Assembly (NCBI GenBank): GCA_044222475.1
Contig: JBGANF010000083.1
Coordinates: 1 to 37,317, forward strand
Direction: 5' to 3'
DNA from: Polyangiaceae bacterium
GTDB taxonomy: Bacteria; Myxococcota_A; Polyangia; Polyangiales; Polyangiaceae
DNA length: 37,317 nt
The position numbers and the translations under genes are program-made. This document shows positions 9,097-21,077 of this stretch, piece after piece. The notes below the pieces were generated by a model that made no database searches, was not told the origin of the DNA, and saw only the letters and a program-made list of their open reading frames with translations. Each line of letters opens with the position of its first letter. Positions within the stretch are counted from its first letter, which is position 1.

Positions 9097-10878
9097 ATGA
9101 AGCCGCCCAAGACCTTCCTCCGCAAGCTGCCGCTCACCACCGCCTTGGCGGTAGCCATCGGGGTGAGCCTCACCGGCGAAGCGAAGGCGCAGACGTCGAC
9201 GTTCCACCTCGACCGCCTCGAGGTGCCGGGCGCACCCGACGACGGCATCGTGATGTGGCGTCCAGTCGTGCAGCCCAACACGATCATCTATGGGCAGCTC
9301 GGCATCGGCTACTCGCTCAACCCGCTTCGCACGACGACGATCGTCAACCCGAACGACAAGACGATCGTCAACTCGTCGTCGCGCGGCGTCATCAAGCACC
9401 AGCTCACGATCTACGGCAACGTCGGCTTCCAGTTCCTGAACCGGTTCAGCGTCGGCCTCGCGTTTCCGTTCACGCCGTGGCAGGCCGGCAACAACCCGAA
9501 CTACCCGACGTCGTTCATCAACCCGAACGTCCAGACGACGCTGATCGAGCCGAACGGCCCTGGCGCCGGCGACATCCGCCTCGACGCGCGCGGCGTCGTG
9601 CTTCGTTCGCGCGATCAAGCCGCCGCGCTCGGCGCACACGTAAGCTTCTTCCTGCCCGCGGGCACGAACTCGAACTTCGGCGGGGACAAGAAGTTCGGCG
9701 CCAGCCTCGGCGTCACCGGCGAGTACGACTTCCGCAAGAGCAGCGGGACGTCGGTGTTCGTCATCACGCTCGACACGTCGATCCACATCCGCAACAACAG
9801 CCACCTCAACGATCCCAACGGCAACAGCGGCCTCGGCATCGGCAACGAGTGGCGCTGGGCGCTCGGCGGGTTCTTCCCGCTCGGCGGTGGCCGCTACCGC
9901 ATCGGCGGCAACATCTTCGGCTCGACCGGCATCGACGACAACAACGAGATCGGCAACACCGTCTTCACCAAGCGCAACACACCGATCGAGTGGAACCTCG
10001 AAGCGCGCATGAAGCTCGGTGAGAGCCAGCACTGGTGGATGGGGCTCAGCGCGGGCTCGTTCATCAACCAGGGCTACGGCGCGCCCGACTTCCGCACGAC
10101 GTTCGTGGTCGGCGTCTACGCGCCGATCTTCGTGCCCGACACGGCGCCGACCCAGAAGGAAGAGAAAGACGCGCTTCGCGCAAAGTGGCGCGCCGAGCAC
10201 AAGGAAGACGCCGACGGTGACGGCATCCCCGACGATCTCGACGCGTGCCCGATGGAGGCCGAGGACCACGCCGGCGCGGATCCGAACGACGGCTGCCCGG
10301 TCCCCAAGGACAAGGACGGCGACGGCATCCCCGACTCGAGCGACCGATGCCCCGACAAGCCGGAAGACAAGGACGGCATCGACGACTTCGACGGCTGCCC
10401 CGAGGACGACTTCGACAAGGACGCCGTGCCCGACGTCACCGACGCGTGCCCGAAGGTGCCCGGCAAGCCCAACGCCGATCCGAAGAAGAACGGCTGCCCC
10501 GAGTTCTTCACCGTCGACGGCGGCGGCATCATCAAGCTGAACCAGCAGGTCCACTTCGCGACCGGCTCGGCGAACATCCTCCCCGACAGCTTCCCGCTGC
10601 TCCAGGAGATCGCGAACCTCCTCAACGTGCAGAAGGGCATCAAGCGGATCACCGTCGACGGCCACACCGACAACCAAGGCTCGGCCGATCTGAACCGCAA
10701 GCTCTCGCAGCAGCGCGCCGATGCAGTGCGCACCTGGCTCGTCGGCCACGGCGTCGAGCCGCAGCGGCTCGAGGCTCACGGCTACGGGCCGGACAAGCCG
10801 GTGGACACGAACTCGACCCCGGAAGGTCGAGGCAAGAACCGCCGCGTCGAGTTCAATATCCTCGAGCAGTCGCAATAG
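9097..10878 (+). CDS. OmpA-family protein with N-terminal beta-barrel-like region and thrombospondin type-3 repeats (TraB-like architecture)
   Basis: Signal peptide; repeated DxDGDGIPD..D.CP; C-terminal OmpA motifs GHTD, NRKLSQQRA, GYG, NRRVEF. Confidence 0.9.
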   Translation: MKPPKTFLRKLPLTTALAVAIGVSLTGEAKAQTSTFHLDRLEVPGAPDDGIVMWRPVVQPNTIIYGQLGIGYSLNPLRTTTIVNPNDKTIVNSSSRGVIKHQLTIYGNVGFQFLNRFSVGLAFPFTPWQAGNNPNYPTSFINPNVQTTLIEPNGPGAGDIRLDARGVVLRSRDQAAALGAHVSFFLPAGTNSNFGGDKKFGASLGVTGEYDFRKSSGTSVFVITLDTSIHIRNNSHLNDPNGNSGLGIGNEWRWALGGFFPLGGGRYRIGGNIFGSTGIDDNNEIGNTVFTKRNTPIEWNLEARMKLGESQHWWMGLSAGSFINQGYGAPDFRTTFVVGVYAPIFVPDTAPTQKEEKDALRAKWRAEHKEDADGDGIPDDLDACPMEAEDHAGADPNDGCPVPKDKDGDGIPDSSDRCPDKPEDKDGIDDFDGCPEDDFDKDAVPDVTDACPKVPGKPNADPKKNGCPEFFTVDGGGIIKLNQQVHFATGSANILPDSFPLLQEIANLLNVQKGIKRITVDGHTDNQGSADLNRKLSQQRADAVRTWLVGHGVEPQRLEAHGYGPDKPVDTNSTPEGRGKNRRVEFNILEQSQ

Positions 10879-11263
10879 CGCGGAACGCGATCCACCCCGC
10901 GCCGCCGAGCGCGATCGTCCAGATGAGCGTTCGCAGGTACGGGATCCCGACCAGGTAGACGACGAAGTACGCGACCCGCGCGTAGAAGAAGATCGCCGCG
11001 CCGACGGTGATCTCGCTCGCAGGAACGCCGGCAGCGCGAGCCGCGACGAACACGGCGATGAACAGGACCATGTTCTCGAGCATGTTCTTCGCTGCGCGGT
11101 CGCAGCGCGCCGCCATCGGACTGGGCTCGGGAACGGCGTCACGGTTGCTCACGGCGATCCGCATTCCGCCAGGCGTCCAGCCGCGTGAGCGCAGGAGGCT
11201 GGCGCTGAAGATCATCACCCACGTGAGGAGGGCCGAGAGAACCAGGTAGTGAATGTCGGTCAC
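10853..11263 (-). CDS. MAPEG family membrane protein
   Basis: RCDRAAKNMLEN and FFYARVAY...GIPYLRTLIW motifs, hydrophobic helices; GTG start inferred. Confidence 0.85.
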   Translation of the reverse strand: MTDIHYLVLSALLTWVMIFSASLLRSRGWTPGGMRIAVSNRDAVPEPSPMAARCDRAAKNMLENMVLFIAVFVAARAAGVPASEITVGAAIFFYARVAYFVVYLVGIPYLRTLIWTIALGGAGWIAFRAIATARGY

Positions 11264-11372
11264 GCCCCATGGATACCAGGGTCCCGGCCACCGACGCGGC
11301 ACAACCCCAATGCAATTCTCCATGGAGAGCGGTCTTTCGTGACGACGCCTCGGATTCAGATAGAACTCGCGC

Positions 11373-11760
11373 ATGCGTCGCGCCGCTTTGCTCATCGTCG
11401 CCCTCCCCATTGCCGTCGCGTGCGGCAGCCGCGGCCCGCTCGACGATCAGCCCTACGGTGACGCGAGCATCGACGTCGCTCCGATCGACGGTGGCGCTGG
11501 CGACGGAGCCGCGGACTCGAGCCCGGTGGTCGACGCGCGTGCCGACGTGAACCCGATCATCAACTGCGGGCAGTGTCTCGTTCAGCCTGCAGTGCGCGGC
11601 GCAGAAATGCCTCTCGGGCGGCCAGCTCGACCCGAAGTGCCTCTCCGATTGCGCTCAAGGAAACATCCAGGGGCTGGCGCTCGCGTTCGGCGCGTTCCAG
11701 TGCGTCACGTCGAAGTGCGGCGACGCATGTCTCTCGCTGTTGGGCGGGCTCGGCAACTAG
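11373..11760 (+). pseudogene. Cys-rich lipoprotein with a frameshift near 11586
   Basis: Lipobox AVAC...NCGQCLVQ in one frame; Cys-rich continuation LQCAAQKCLSGGQLDPKCLSDC...CVTSKCGDACLSLLGGLGN* in the +1 frame, ending at TAG 11758-11760. Confidence 0.75.
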
Positions 11761-11780
11761 CCCGTCCCAGATTGGTACTG

Positions 11781-11854
11781 CGCGCCCGGTTGGATTCGAA
11801 CCAACGACCGGCGGCTTAGAAGGCCGCTGCTCTATCCAGCTGAGCTACGGGCGC
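11781..11854 (-). tRNA. tRNA-Arg (anticodon TCT), CCA not encoded
   Basis: GCGCCCGTAGCTCAGCTGGATAGAGCAGCGGCCTTCTAAGCCGCCGGTCGTTGGTTCGAATCCAACCGGGCGCG: acceptor stem, D-arm, anticodon loop CTTCTAA, T-loop GTTCGAATC. Confidence 0.97.
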
Positions 11855-12015
11855 TCGCGGCGCGAGCATACACTGACGCGTCAGGGGTGGAGATCTGCCC
11901 ACCCCGGAGGGTTCTGTCGCACATCGTCCGACGTTCCTGTGTGGGGAGGCGCTCGCAACTTCGTCTCTCGGTGCGAGTCACGCTAGAGTGGAAAAGTCCT
12001 ACCTCGGAGGAGTCG

Positions 12016-12984
12016 ATGAAGACGTCTAGCTTGGGCTTCGTGGCGTGTGCGTTCCTGCTCGCGGCGTGTGGAGGCGAAGATGCCATCACCATCCCGACGC
12101 CCGACTCGGGCGGGGTGGACACCGGCACCGGAACCGACACCGGCACCGGAACCGGAACCGACACCGGCACCGGCACGGACGGCAGCGTCGGCGACGCGGG
12201 CTCCGGCGATGCGATCGCCGTGGACGGCGGCGGCTTCCAGGTCGGCAACGTGTCCGGCCTCGTGCTCTGGCTGAACGCCGGGAAGGGCGTGAACGTCAAC
12301 AACGGCGGCGTCGACAACTGGGCCGACCAGACGACGTTCAAGAACGACGCGAAGCAGAGCATCCAAGGTCGTCGCCCTACGCTCGTCGCGAACGGGATCA
12401 ACAACCAACCCGTCGTTCACTTCGACCGAGGTCCGTTCAACGGCAACGGCCAAATGATGGTCGTCACCGACAGCGTGAGCATGCAGTGGGGCACGGGCGA
12501 CTTCTTCCTCATCGTCGTCGCTCGCTTCGACAACCCCGCTTCCGACGGGAACAGCCGCGGCGTCGGCGTCTTCTTCACCAAGCAAGCGAACGCCAACAAC
12601 TTCCCGGGGACGTTCCTCAGCGGGAACGTGCCTGGCAACGGAACGGCATCGACTGGCCTCGACTTCGCGAGCAGCACGGCGATCGGCAATTTCGTCGTCA
12701 CCGCGTCGCCGTACAACAACAACGCCGCGCACGCGTTCGCCGGTCAGCGCGTCGGCACGAAGCTCGACCTGCGCGTCGACTCGGCGTCGATCGGCAGCTC
12801 GACGTCGAACGGCAACGACGTCAGCAACGTCGGTACGCCGATCCGCATCGGCGCCGACGGCGACGCGAGCTTCTTCCGCCTCAACGGCGACATCGCCGAG
12901 ATGATCGCCGTGAAGGGCGTGCTCTCGTCCCAGGATCAGGCGGGCATCCAGACGTACCTGAAGACGAAGTACAACCTGCCTTGA
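12016..12984 (+). CDS. Lipoprotein with (GT/DT)n linker and LamG/concanavalin-like domain
   Basis: GGAGGA RBS; LLAAC lipobox; DTGTGT repeats; LVLWLNA..WAD and LNGDIAEM...YLKTKY patterns. Confidence 0.75.
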   Translation: MKTSSLGFVACAFLLAACGGEDAITIPTPDSGGVDTGTGTDTGTGTGTDTGTGTDGSVGDAGSGDAIAVDGGGFQVGNVSGLVLWLNAGKGVNVNNGGVDNWADQTTFKNDAKQSIQGRRPTLVANGINNQPVVHFDRGPFNGNGQMMVVTDSVSMQWGTGDFFLIVVARFDNPASDGNSRGVGVFFTKQANANNFPGTFLSGNVPGNGTASTGLDFASSTAIGNFVVTASPYNNNAAHAFAGQRVGTKLDLRVDSASIGSSTSNGNDVSNVGTPIRIGADGDASFFRLNGDIAEMIAVKGVLSSQDQAGIQTYLKTKYNLP

Positions 12985-13019
12985 GCCCCAACGTCAGGGG
13001 CTTCGCCCCCGACACCCCC
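12984..13019. repeat. Short GC-rich palindromic (REP-like) element between convergent genes
   Basis: AGCCCC-AACGTCA-GGGGCT and overlapping GGGGC-TTC-GCCCC hairpins followed by GACACCCCC. Confidence 0.45.
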
Positions 13020-13056
13020 ACGGAGAGACTCGGGGCCGGTCACCGGAGGGCAGTTC

Positions 13057-13836
13057 TCACTGAGCGACGTCCACCGAGAACGTGAAGGTGTCGATCGCCT
13101 TCGTCTCCCACGAGCGCTTGTACTGAAGCTTCACGGTGTGGTGCCCGACCGCGAACGGCGTGTTCGTGTGCCAGGTGAAGATGCTCGTCCCGCCGCCGCC
13201 GACCATGTTCGGGTTCGACGCGACGTAGCTCTCTTCGGGGTAGCCGAAGCTCTTGTCGGTCGACAGAACGGACCACTGGTAGCCGGTGGTCGCGTTGCCA
13301 GCGAGCGAGACGACGACGTCTTGCCCCTTCTTCACCGCGAAGTTCTTTCCGTCGTCCGCGTCGCTGATGGCGACCGGCTTCGACGCCGACGCCTTGATGT
13401 CGACGACGAACGTGAACGTCTTCAGCGGCTTCTTCTCCCACGAGCGCCCGTACTCGAGCGTGACGCTGTGCTTGCCGAGCATCGAGAGCGGGCTCTCGGT
13501 CTTCCACACGAAGCGGCTTTGGCCGCCGGAGCCGACCGCGCTCGAGCTCTTGAAGAACCGCTCGTCGGGGTAGCCGAAGGTCTTGTCGGTCGCCGTCACC
13601 GTCCAGCGGTAGCCGGTCGACGGGTTCGACGCGAGGTACAGCGCGACGAGCTTGCCCTGCTCGACCGTGATCGTCTTGCCGTTGTCCTTCTCGGTCACCT
13701 TCACCGCGTTGGACAGCGCGTCCGCGCCTTCGTCGACCGTGGGATCATCGAGGTCCGTGGCATCGGCTCCGCTGCATCCGAGGGGAGCGGCGGCGAGGGC
13801 GAGGGTGAGGGCGACGGCGAAGTGACGAAGGGACAT
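13057..13836 (-). CDS. Lipoprotein with two chagasin (I42 cysteine-protease inhibitor) domains
   Basis: PLGC lipobox; SNPSTGYRW and GNATTGYQW motifs, each followed by VG.GG and Y.RSWE; AGGAGG RBS. Confidence 0.88.
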   Translation of the reverse strand: MSLRHFAVALTLALAAAPLGCSGADATDLDDPTVDEGADALSNAVKVTEKDNGKTITVEQGKLVALYLASNPSTGYRWTVTATDKTFGYPDERFFKSSSAVGSGGQSRFVWKTESPLSMLGKHSVTLEYGRSWEKKPLKTFTFVVDIKASASKPVAISDADDGKNFAVKKGQDVVVSLAGNATTGYQWSVLSTDKSFGYPEESYVASNPNMVGGGGTSIFTWHTNTPFAVGHHTVKLQYKRSWETKAIDTFTFSVDVAQ

Positions 13837-13942
13837 CGGAGGCCTCCTGTAGGACTTGGAGGTATATAGGTGCTCATGTAGGTGTTTGCAATACCTTTCA
13901 GCAGGCCATGCAAAAGTGCCCAAACCATGCGAGGTTACGCGC

Positions 13943-14842
13943 GTGCGCGACACCCCTCTCCGCGGACCCGAGCTCGAGCGGGCCCTCGACGCCGCAATGG
14001 TTAGCCGGCTCCCCTTTTCGGCCGCCGGGCACGGGGGGGAGGCTCTCTTTGCGGAGCTGGTGAAACACTCGCGCCTCCCCGGGACGCGCCCCAACCTCGA
14101 GCTCGCCGAAGCGTTCGCGGCGAGCTGCGCCAGCCGCGGCGCTCGCAGCGACGCGCTCGTCACTGCGATGGTCCAAATGGACGCCGATCGGGCGCCCGGC
14201 GCGACCGAGCTCGAGTTCCTCCCGCTCTGCGGCGTCTACGCCGCGGGCTTCCGCGCCGCGAGCGATCCCCGCGCGACGAAGATGCTCGCGCTGCTCCACG
14301 ACGCTGCCGAGGATCTTCGGTTCCGCGTTCGCGACGCGGTGGTCGTGGCGCTCGCCAAGGTCGGGGCCGTGCGCGGCGACGAGCTGGTCGCTCAGGTCAG
14401 CGATTGGATGGACGGGTTCTTCCACGCGTCTGCGGTACTTCGTGCGCTCGGAAGCGCGGCGTGGCTCACGCGGATCGACGACGCCACTGGCCCATGCGAG
14501 CTGCTCGACGCCGCGTTCCGCACGCTCGATGGCGCCGCTCGTTCGGCGTCGCGTTACCCTGGCTTCAAGGCTCTCGTCGAAGCGTTCCGCGCCGCGCCGG
14601 CTCCGCTCGCCTTGCGCTTCGGGGCGCCCGTGCTCGGCGTGCTCGAAACGTTTGCATCCTGCAAGGATCCCGATCTTCGGGCGCTCGTCCGAGAGTCGAT
14701 CAAGGACCCCAAGCTCACCGCGCGCTTCCCCGACGACATGGCGCGGCTCCGCGCCGCGTTCGGGGCGACCGACAAGCCCGTGCGCGACCCACGCTCGCTA
14801 CCACGGCCGACGCGCAAACGCGGCGGTGGTCGCCGGCGCTAG
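13943..14842 (+). CDS. Hypothetical alpha-helical (HEAT-repeat-like) protein
   Basis: SRLPGTRPNLEL, AAEDLRFRVRDAVVVAL helical repeat pattern; start uncertain. Confidence 0.6.
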   Translation: MRDTPLRGPELERALDAAMVSRLPFSAAGHGGEALFAELVKHSRLPGTRPNLELAEAFAASCASRGARSDALVTAMVQMDADRAPGATELEFLPLCGVYAAGFRAASDPRATKMLALLHDAAEDLRFRVRDAVVVALAKVGAVRGDELVAQVSDWMDGFFHASAVLRALGSAAWLTRIDDATGPCELLDAAFRTLDGAARSASRYPGFKALVEAFRAAPAPLALRFGAPVLGVLETFASCKDPDLRALVRESIKDPKLTARFPDDMARLRAAFGATDKPVRDPRSLPRPTRKRGGGRRR

Positions 14843-16374
14843 CGCGACGCTGGAGGCACGCTGCGCGGCGCGCGGAGCGACGGGGGGACCGACTCTTCGC
14901 TGCGGGCCTTCGGCGCTGGCGGCGGGGTGCTCATCTTTTGCGCGACCTTGCTGGCTTGATCGACGATCTTGGTCGCCGCCGCCGCGCGCGCGGTCTTCTG
15001 TTGCAGCGTCGCGTGGTCGACGACCGCGTGCCCTTCGAGCAGGTCGAGGTAGTCGAGGTTGAGCGTCCCCCCGCTCGGCAGAATGAACACGCCGAAGAGG
15101 TGCGCTTGGCGCCGCACCTCGGTGACGAGCGGCCGCGGAACGTGAAGAGCGGCGTGCGTGATCAGGTGAACGACGGGATCGCGCTGCTCGCGCGTTCGAA
15201 GGAGCGCCAGCTCCGTCGCGAGCTGAGCGAAGACGCGCGCCGGGTTGCGACCTCGCTCGCCCTTGAAGCCGAGGAGGTACGCCGCCGGAAGCTGTCCGGT
15301 CCGCGGGCGCTGGACGTCGTAGAGGCGGGAGTCGAAGAACCGCATCCACACCTCCTCGCCCGCGAGCTGCAGCTTCTTGCCGAGCGCGATCGCCAGTCCG
15401 CGGGCGAACACCTGGCGTTCGCCGCGCATGCTCGCCGACGCGTCGATGAGGAAGTAGTGCAAGCGGCGCGCTTCGTCGGGCGCTTGCTCGCGTGTATAAT
15501 ACAAGAGCTCGTTCTCCATCATGCGCCGGGCGAACTCGAGGTCGTCCCAGGCGAGCTCGGTGAGGACGAGCGAGTCGACCGAGCCCTTCGAGCCGATGCC
15601 GGCGTAGCCGTGGACGGCGTGCGTCCCGGTCGATTTCGTGCGGTGCGTCTCGAGGACGCTCGGGAGGAGCTCGAGGCTGAAATTCACGACGTCGTTCGCG
15701 GCGGGGCTCGAGATCGCGGCGAGCAAGTCGACGTGGGCGAGCGCGCCGGCCGCCGTAGACTCGGGACCGAGCATGCCGAGCAGGCGCAGCGTGTCGAGGT
15801 CGAGCGCGTCGGCCAGAGTGAGCACGTGGAGCCGCGCGCGCGCGAGGACGTCGAGCGCCTGCGTCTCCCACCCGCGCTCGAGAGCGCCGTAGAGCTGAGT
15901 GAGCTGGGGCTCGAGGTCACGTACCATCTCGGGATCGAGCGGGATCCCGACGGGGTAGCTCGGCTTCTTCAGTCGCGAGGCGACGGCGCCGAGGATGCGC
16001 GCGAGCACGACGACGATGAGATCGTCCGAGAGGCGCATGCTCCGCGCGCGCGCCGAGACCTCTCCCTGACCGAGCTCGTCGATCATCGAGCGGTACGTGC
16101 CGACGAGCTCGGCGAGGCGCGGATCGCGCGCGAGGAGCGCGGCCGACGCGGCGCGCGGGCCGACCTCGAGCTGCTCGCGCGGCGCGGTGTAGAGCAGCCC
16201 GATGTCGTGCACCCAGAAGAACGGGACGTGGAGCCCGAGCCGTCCGAGGTCGCGATACCACCGCAGCGCCCGCACGATCATCATCGGCGCCTGAGCGCGC
16301 ACCGACGAAAGCAGAAGCCCGCCGAGGGGGCCCGTGATCGGCGGCTCGCGGAGCTGACTTGCCGAGACGGGCAT
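14839..16374 (-). CDS. vWA (MIDAS) domain protein
   Basis: YFLIDASASMRG (DxSxS), RFFD, HLITH; stop overlaps the convergent gene (CTAG). Confidence 0.75.
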   Translation of the reverse strand: MPVSASQLREPPITGPLGGLLLSSVRAQAPMMIVRALRWYRDLGRLGLHVPFFWVHDIGLLYTAPREQLEVGPRAASAALLARDPRLAELVGTYRSMIDELGQGEVSARARSMRLSDDLIVVVLARILGAVASRLKKPSYPVGIPLDPEMVRDLEPQLTQLYGALERGWETQALDVLARARLHVLTLADALDLDTLRLLGMLGPESTAAGALAHVDLLAAISSPAANDVVNFSLELLPSVLETHRTKSTGTHAVHGYAGIGSKGSVDSLVLTELAWDDLEFARRMMENELLYYTREQAPDEARRLHYFLIDASASMRGERQVFARGLAIALGKKLQLAGEEVWMRFFDSRLYDVQRPRTGQLPAAYLLGFKGERGRNPARVFAQLATELALLRTREQRDPVVHLITHAALHVPRPLVTEVRRQAHLFGVFILPSGGTLNLDYLDLLEGHAVVDHATLQQKTARAAAATKIVDQASKVAQKMSTPPPAPKARSEESVPPSLRAPRSVPPASR

Positions 16375-16397
16375 GAGGCTTCAGCGCGACGTGGCCG

Positions 16398-16937
16398 TCA
16401 CTTCTTCTCCGGCGGGGGCGCCTCGTCGAAGCCGCCGCTGGGCGTGCCCGAACCGCCGGGCGTGTCGCCGGTGATCGAGTTGAGGTCCGGCTGCATGCGC
16501 AGCTGCTTGACCTGGTGCCAGTCCGAGCCGACCTCGGAGTCGTCGAGGCCGTACTCGCCGTCGAGCTCGGCGATCTCGCCGGGCTTCTTGTAGACGAAGT
16601 AGCCGCGTCCCTTCACGGTCGCCGACGGACCGACGAGCCCGTACTTGTGCTCTTCCCAGGTGAAGTGGAGCACGTTGCCGGTCTTCGTTCCGGAGAGGCG
16701 GCCCCAGGCGCTCTTGTCGGTGCGCTGCCATTTGCCGATGACGTTCTGGTCTTCCTCGACGAGGTGGAGGTACCCGAACGTCGGGTGGAAGTAGACGCCC
16801 ATCCAGGACTCGCCGTCGGGCATGTCCTTGGCGACGACGTTCGCCGACTTCGCGCTGCCGCCGCCACCGCAAGCCGGGAGCGACAGAGCCGAGACCGTGA
16901 CCACGGAAGCGATGAGTGCCAGGCGGAGCAGTTTCAT
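16398..16937 (-). CDS. Hypothetical lipoprotein (beta-rich)
   Basis: Signal peptide with LPAC lipobox; high-GC3 codon usage. Confidence 0.75.
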   Translation of the reverse strand: MKLLRLALIASVVTVSALSLPACGGGGSAKSANVVAKDMPDGESWMGVYFHPTFGYLHLVEEDQNVIGKWQRTDKSAWGRLSGTKTGNVLHFTWEEHKYGLVGPSATVKGRGYFVYKKPGEIAELDGEYGLDDSEVGSDWHQVKQLRMQPDLNSITGDTPGGSGTPSGGFDEAPPPEKK

Positions 16938-16989
16938 GGGGCCGCACTGTATCAGAAACCGCGGGATGCTAGCTCCTTGGAACGGACGC

Positions 16990-17508
16990 TCAGGTGGGCG
17001 GCCTCGAACCGTTGAAGTTCTGTACGGAAGTGCACGCGGTGGCCTTGATGCCGCACGAAGCGCCGACGGCGTTGATGTACTTGTACGTGATCGTCCCCTC
17101 GACCCCGTCCTTGCCGACCTGCTTGCCGTCGATCACCGCGACGACGTTGTACGTGCACCCCGGGTCCTTGTAGTTGCGGCCCGCGGCCGAGAGCGAGAAC
17201 GTGACGCCGCTGATCGTGCCGGTGAACGTGTCGGTTCCGGCGACGAGCTGGAGGTAGATGCCGGCCGCCCCTTGCACCGTGCCCGCGAGCGAGGTGTTCG
17301 TCTGGCTCAGCGCGAAGCCGATGTTGCTGGTCTGCGCGCCCTCCTGCCAGTTTGCGAACTGACAGGCGTTCGCCCCGTTCGTGATGTTGATCGAGTACTG
17401 CCCCTTGAGATTCGCGGGGGCGGGGTCGAACGTCTGCGAGCTGCACGCGACCGCAGCGCCGGCGGCGAGAACGAGCGCGATGACGCGAAGAGAAGCCTGG
17501 CGAGCCAT
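16990..17508 (-). CDS. Hypothetical lipoprotein
   Basis: AGGAGG RBS; MARQASLRVIALVLAAGAAVAC lipobox; 4 further Cys. Confidence 0.75.
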   Translation of the reverse strand: MARQASLRVIALVLAAGAAVACSSQTFDPAPANLKGQYSINITNGANACQFANWQEGAQTSNIGFALSQTNTSLAGTVQGAAGIYLQLVAGTDTFTGTISGVTFSLSAAGRNYKDPGCTYNVVAVIDGKQVGKDGVEGTITYKYINAVGASCGIKATACTSVQNFNGSRPPT

Positions 17509-17681
17509 GAGGAACCTCCTGGGGCTTTGATCGCACGGTTCGTACCGCGCCCCGATCCATGGAAAATACATCGAATCGCGACCGAACGTGAACGTTCGTC
17601 GACGGTCGCCGCGACATCGTTCACACGCCGCTTCAGCGGAGATGAAGGCTCCGAGCCTACATCGTCGGCTGGGGTCGCAGG

Positions 17682-20753
<3,072 letters not shown>

Positions 20754-21077
20754 GTGTGGGGTGGCAAGGTAGTGCCGAGGGGACGTGATCGCAAACCCCC
20801 TGGATGGCTGGGTCCTTCCCCGCCGCTTTCTCGTCAGCCCTGGCCACCGGCGGCCGCGCACCGGCGGCCGCTTGCCGGCTAACGGTTTCGGTGGGACCAG
20901 GCTGACGGCGTTTGCCGAGGCGCTTGCCGGCTAACGAGTTGCCCGAAGAGGTGGCGCGGTTAGTGGTCACCAAGTGGCGCGCGCCAGTGCGGGGCCAGGG
21001 CGCTCGGTCGTAAGCGTTGGATCTTGCTGAGGTCGTCGGTCGGGCTCGGTTGGTACGGATGGTGCGAGGGACGTTGC

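Noticed and set aside
11761..11860. tRNA-anchored genomic island
   Set aside because: No integrase and no duplicated tRNA 3' end found in the window
12118..12180. ACCGGC/ACCGGA/ACCGAC repeat as a DNA element
   Set aside because: Simply encodes the DTGTGT linker of the lipoprotein
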